Shown here: positions 61,032-64,000 of the stretch, one piece after another
Layout of the letters: every line of letters begins with the position of its first letter
Position numbering within the stretch: position 1 is the first letter of the stretch
From: Camelus ferus
Taxonomy: Eukaryota
Direction: 5' to 3'
Assembly (NCBI RefSeq): GCF_009834535.1
Contig: NC_045724.1
Location: 23,560,001 to 23,624,000 of the forward strand
Length of the DNA: 64,000 bases
The notes under the pieces: model-generated
The model's database searches: none
What the model saw: only the letters and a program-made list of their open reading frames with translations
What the model was told of the DNA's origin: nothing
Program-made: the position numbers and the translations under genes

Positions 61032-62994
61032 ACGAATGCACCATTCCTCATTTTGGTTTCTTGGAAGAAAGAAGTGCTAATAAATACAAAGAGGTCGTGT
61101 TAAAGGTGGAACCTCGGGTGTGCGAGGCCCGTCTCTCTCAGGAGTGAGCCAACCTTCAACCACATGCGGCCCAAACAGGCGCAACCAGCACACAGCATAG
61201 GGGCTTATCTCTGAAGAGCTCTATCTTACCCATGGCCACTGAGTCATCTGACGGCTATTTTAATAAAAGACTTTTTAAAAACTTCTTTTATACACTAAGG
61301 CCATGTTTTTGTAAATCGCCTATAATTCCAATTATCTGCCATCGCATTAATCACGTATGAAAAACACCTATCCAGTTGTCATCAGCCACCTGCTCATCTG
61401 GGGAAGCCTGCTGGAACTGCAGGCTCAAGGAGGAAAGCCCATCCATGGAGGTCCAGGAAGGTGGGAAGGTTTCACTGCGTTTTGATAACGCAGACGTCGG
61501 AAGACCAGCTCTGTGCTCTCGGAACCCGAGGCCTGGCACACCTCTCCGCGGCAGAGTTCCCTCCTCGCTCACCGCTTCGGCTGCTCGCTGCCGGGGGTCG
61601 GGGGGGAATCCTTCATATCTGTGACCTTCCCTCTTTCTACGCAGATCTGTATAAAGAAGCTTGCTGAAGGCTTTTGCTCAGGTTTCTGATCGGACCAAAG
61701 TTTTACAGTTTGACAACAGGAATTCTCTAAAGCTGATTAGTCAAAAAGGCAGCCCTCTGGACAAGTCAAAAAGTACCCTTCAAGGTACAGTTTCTTATCT
61801 CCAAAACCCTCTGGGCTGAAGGGCAGAGAGTCACTGCAGAGTAATAGGTCCCGAGTCCACTTCTGAAATTGCTCGGTGCACATAAATCCTTCCTTTTAAA
61901 TTATGAACCACAATCCATTCGTAGTGAAATTGAAACTAGGTGAATGCAATTCGAGGACCAGAAATTATTACGTAGCACTTGCTACACAGGATCCTGGTCC
62001 TTCTGGAATACCTAAAGGGACCGTGGCCAAGAGCTAAGCAGGGGCGGTGTCAGCGCTGACCCCGGGTCTTCCCTCTGACCCACAGGGCTGTACCCTCGGA
62101 CCCAAAGGCGAGCTGCAAAACCACATGCATCAGAGGGGCTGGGGGCTGCCCTGCCCTCCCCCTCCCTAGCTGTTCAGGGGGGCTCAGGGTTGCCAGTCAC
62201 CCTCCAAGGGCAGTTTGGGAACTGAAATCATTTGCTCCTGCCATATTCATTTTTTTTTTCATTAATGGCATAGATACAAGCTAGCCTCTGAGAGAAGCAA
62301 AGCAGAGACCTCTCACCTGCATGGTCCAGCCCATCCCCAAATCCACAGCTTTTATGTCCCTAACGGAATTTACAACTTACCGATGTGCCAAGGAAATCCG
62401 AAATTCTAAAAATGGAAAAATCAAAACGGCTGCTCAGAGCAAGTCTTCTCCTCTGTGTGTCTGGACTTCTCTCCCTGCATATGCAGGCTGCTTCCTAAAC
62501 TTTCTCACCTGGCAAATGGAGACTGTCAGTCCCAAACTATCAGAAAGACTGTTGATGCAATAGATGTTTTTGGAGAAACAGATTCAACAAAATGGCCCGG
62601 AAGCTCCCGAGTTGTCTCAGGCAATGCCGAGCGACGGGGACTGCCTCCTCCCCACCTGTCATCAGACAGCAGGTGGGTCCCTGGCGTGCCCGTCAACAAT
62701 AAGAGGCTATGATCAGGTTCCACCTGGCCCGGCAAACCAACAGAAACAGGGACAGCATCCTCTACAGAGAAGTCAGTGCATGCAGGAACCAGGTTACCTC
62801 TCCCGTCTGTCAGGGACAGTATTCCTGGAACACCAACCAACAGAAATTGGGAGTTCCATTCTTATCTGCCTTTGCTTATAGCAAAACATTCCATTTCCAT
62901 AGCAATTTGAACTTTTTCAATATATTCCCATTTCTGACTTCGTTTCACTCTAAGACAAACAGCTGCAAAAGTACAACATGATGGTGAACGTAAA

Positions 62995-63590
62995 TAAAAA
63001 TATTCATATGAAAAGACACATGCACCCCAATGTCCAGAGCTGCACTATTTACAATAGCCAAGAGGTGGAAGCAACCTATCCATTGACAGATGACTGGATA
63101 AAGAAGTTGTGATGTGTGTGTGGGTGGTGGAAAACTACTCAGCCATAAAAAAGAGAATAAAATAATGCCATTTGCAGCTACACGGATGGACCTGGAGATT
63201 GTCATTCTAAGTGAAGTAAGCCAGAAAGGGAAAAAAAAAATACCATATGCTAATCACTTCTATGTGGAATCTAAAAAAACCACACACACACAAATGAACT
63301 TATTTACAAAACAGAAATAGACTCACAGACATAGGAAACAAACTTAGAGTTGCCAGGGGGGAAGGGGGTGTGGAGGGATAAATTGGGAGTTTGGGATTTG
63401 CAGATACTACTGTATACAAAATAGATAAACGACAAGGCCCTACTGTAGAGCACAGGGAACTCTGTTCACCTTGTGATAGCCTATAATGAAAAAGCACGTG
63501 AAAAGGATATGTGTAACTGAACCAATAGGCTGTGCACCAGAAGCCAACACAGGATTGTAAATCAACTAGACTTCAATAACAAAAAAAAAA
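62995..63590 (+). mobile_element. L1 3' end with poly(A) tail
   Basis: aaaagacacatgcaccccaatg...aaactactcagccataaaaaag...gatggacctggagattgtcattctaagtgaagt...gtaaatcaactagacttcaataacaaaaaaaaaa. Confidence 0.93.
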
Positions 63591-64000
63591 TCGCATGTGC
63601 GCACCTGCTGAGAAAGGACCTCTGGTGACCCAGAGACACTCACGGACACTAAACGCCCTGACCGCAGTGCTGATCTGAGTCCAGGCGGCTCCATCCGTCA
63701 GCAGCGCCTACGTACGGGCAGCTAATTTGCAGACATCTCTTAGTGTCGTGGGGCCAGTTTGCTCCTCCTTCTGGGGAACTGTCGGGAGTTCTGTTGCTTT
63801 GCTGGACACCCCTTTCATCTTGCTGTTTGATATTCACTGGAGCCCTCGTCCCAAAGATAAACCAAAAATAGAGATGGTACAGGGAATTACAAACAAAAAT
63901 TTTTAAGGACTCGCACAAATTTCTCCTGGTTACTCTGTGGATGTTTTGTAAACTCCAGTAGCATCCCATTGCAAACAGAACTTTTTTGTTTTCTCCCAGT

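Noticed and set aside
60489-61080. 177-aa and 128-aa ORFs
   Set aside because: They overlap a GC-rich LTR remnant, show no recognisable domain, and have no splice context.
61571-61586. U6 snRNA 5'-like fragment (cgcttcggctgctc)
   Set aside because: The 12/14 match does not extend and is expected by chance.
1-64000. CRISPR arrays, prokaryotic systems, NUMTs, a second protein-coding gene or a processed pseudogene
   Set aside because: No repeat-spacer arrays, no operon-like ORFs, no recognisable mitochondrial sequence and no further exon chain were seen.

Overview
Mammalian genomic DNA, most likely from a camelid: it carries a vic-1-type tRNA-Ala-derived SINE and cetartiodactyl-type L1 3' ends. 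The window holds the 3' two-thirds of TOX (thymocyte selection-associated HMG box) on the + strand. Six coding exons (human exons 4-9 by my recall of the human structure) have canonical AG/GT boundaries and splice into an uninterrupted 390-codon frame: NLS, HMG box, Pro/Gln-rich tail, stop at 42900-42902. A ~2.3 kb 3'UTR ends at tandem AATAAA signals near 45.2 kb, followed by ~19 kb of intergenic DNA. The rest is interspersed repeats (L1, L2, MIR, MER3, MER5A, ERVL solo LTRs, a truncated ERV1 5'LTR-PBS-leader, SINEs), microsatellites, CpG islands and ten N-blocks. I found no new gene or new biological system, and the other ORFs in the track look like noise or repeat fragments. The best leads are: (1) a strongly AT-to-GC-biased burst of amino-acid change confined to exon 7 inside a CpG island, (2) a divergent pair of CTCF-type motifs bracketing the gene end, (3) a decapitated ERV1 whose poly(A) signal is dead, (4) an orphan downstream CpG island, and (5) N-blocks that appear to be length-preserving masks over conserved sequence. 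Comparisons to human TOX and to repeat consensus sequences are from memory and need alignment to confirm.
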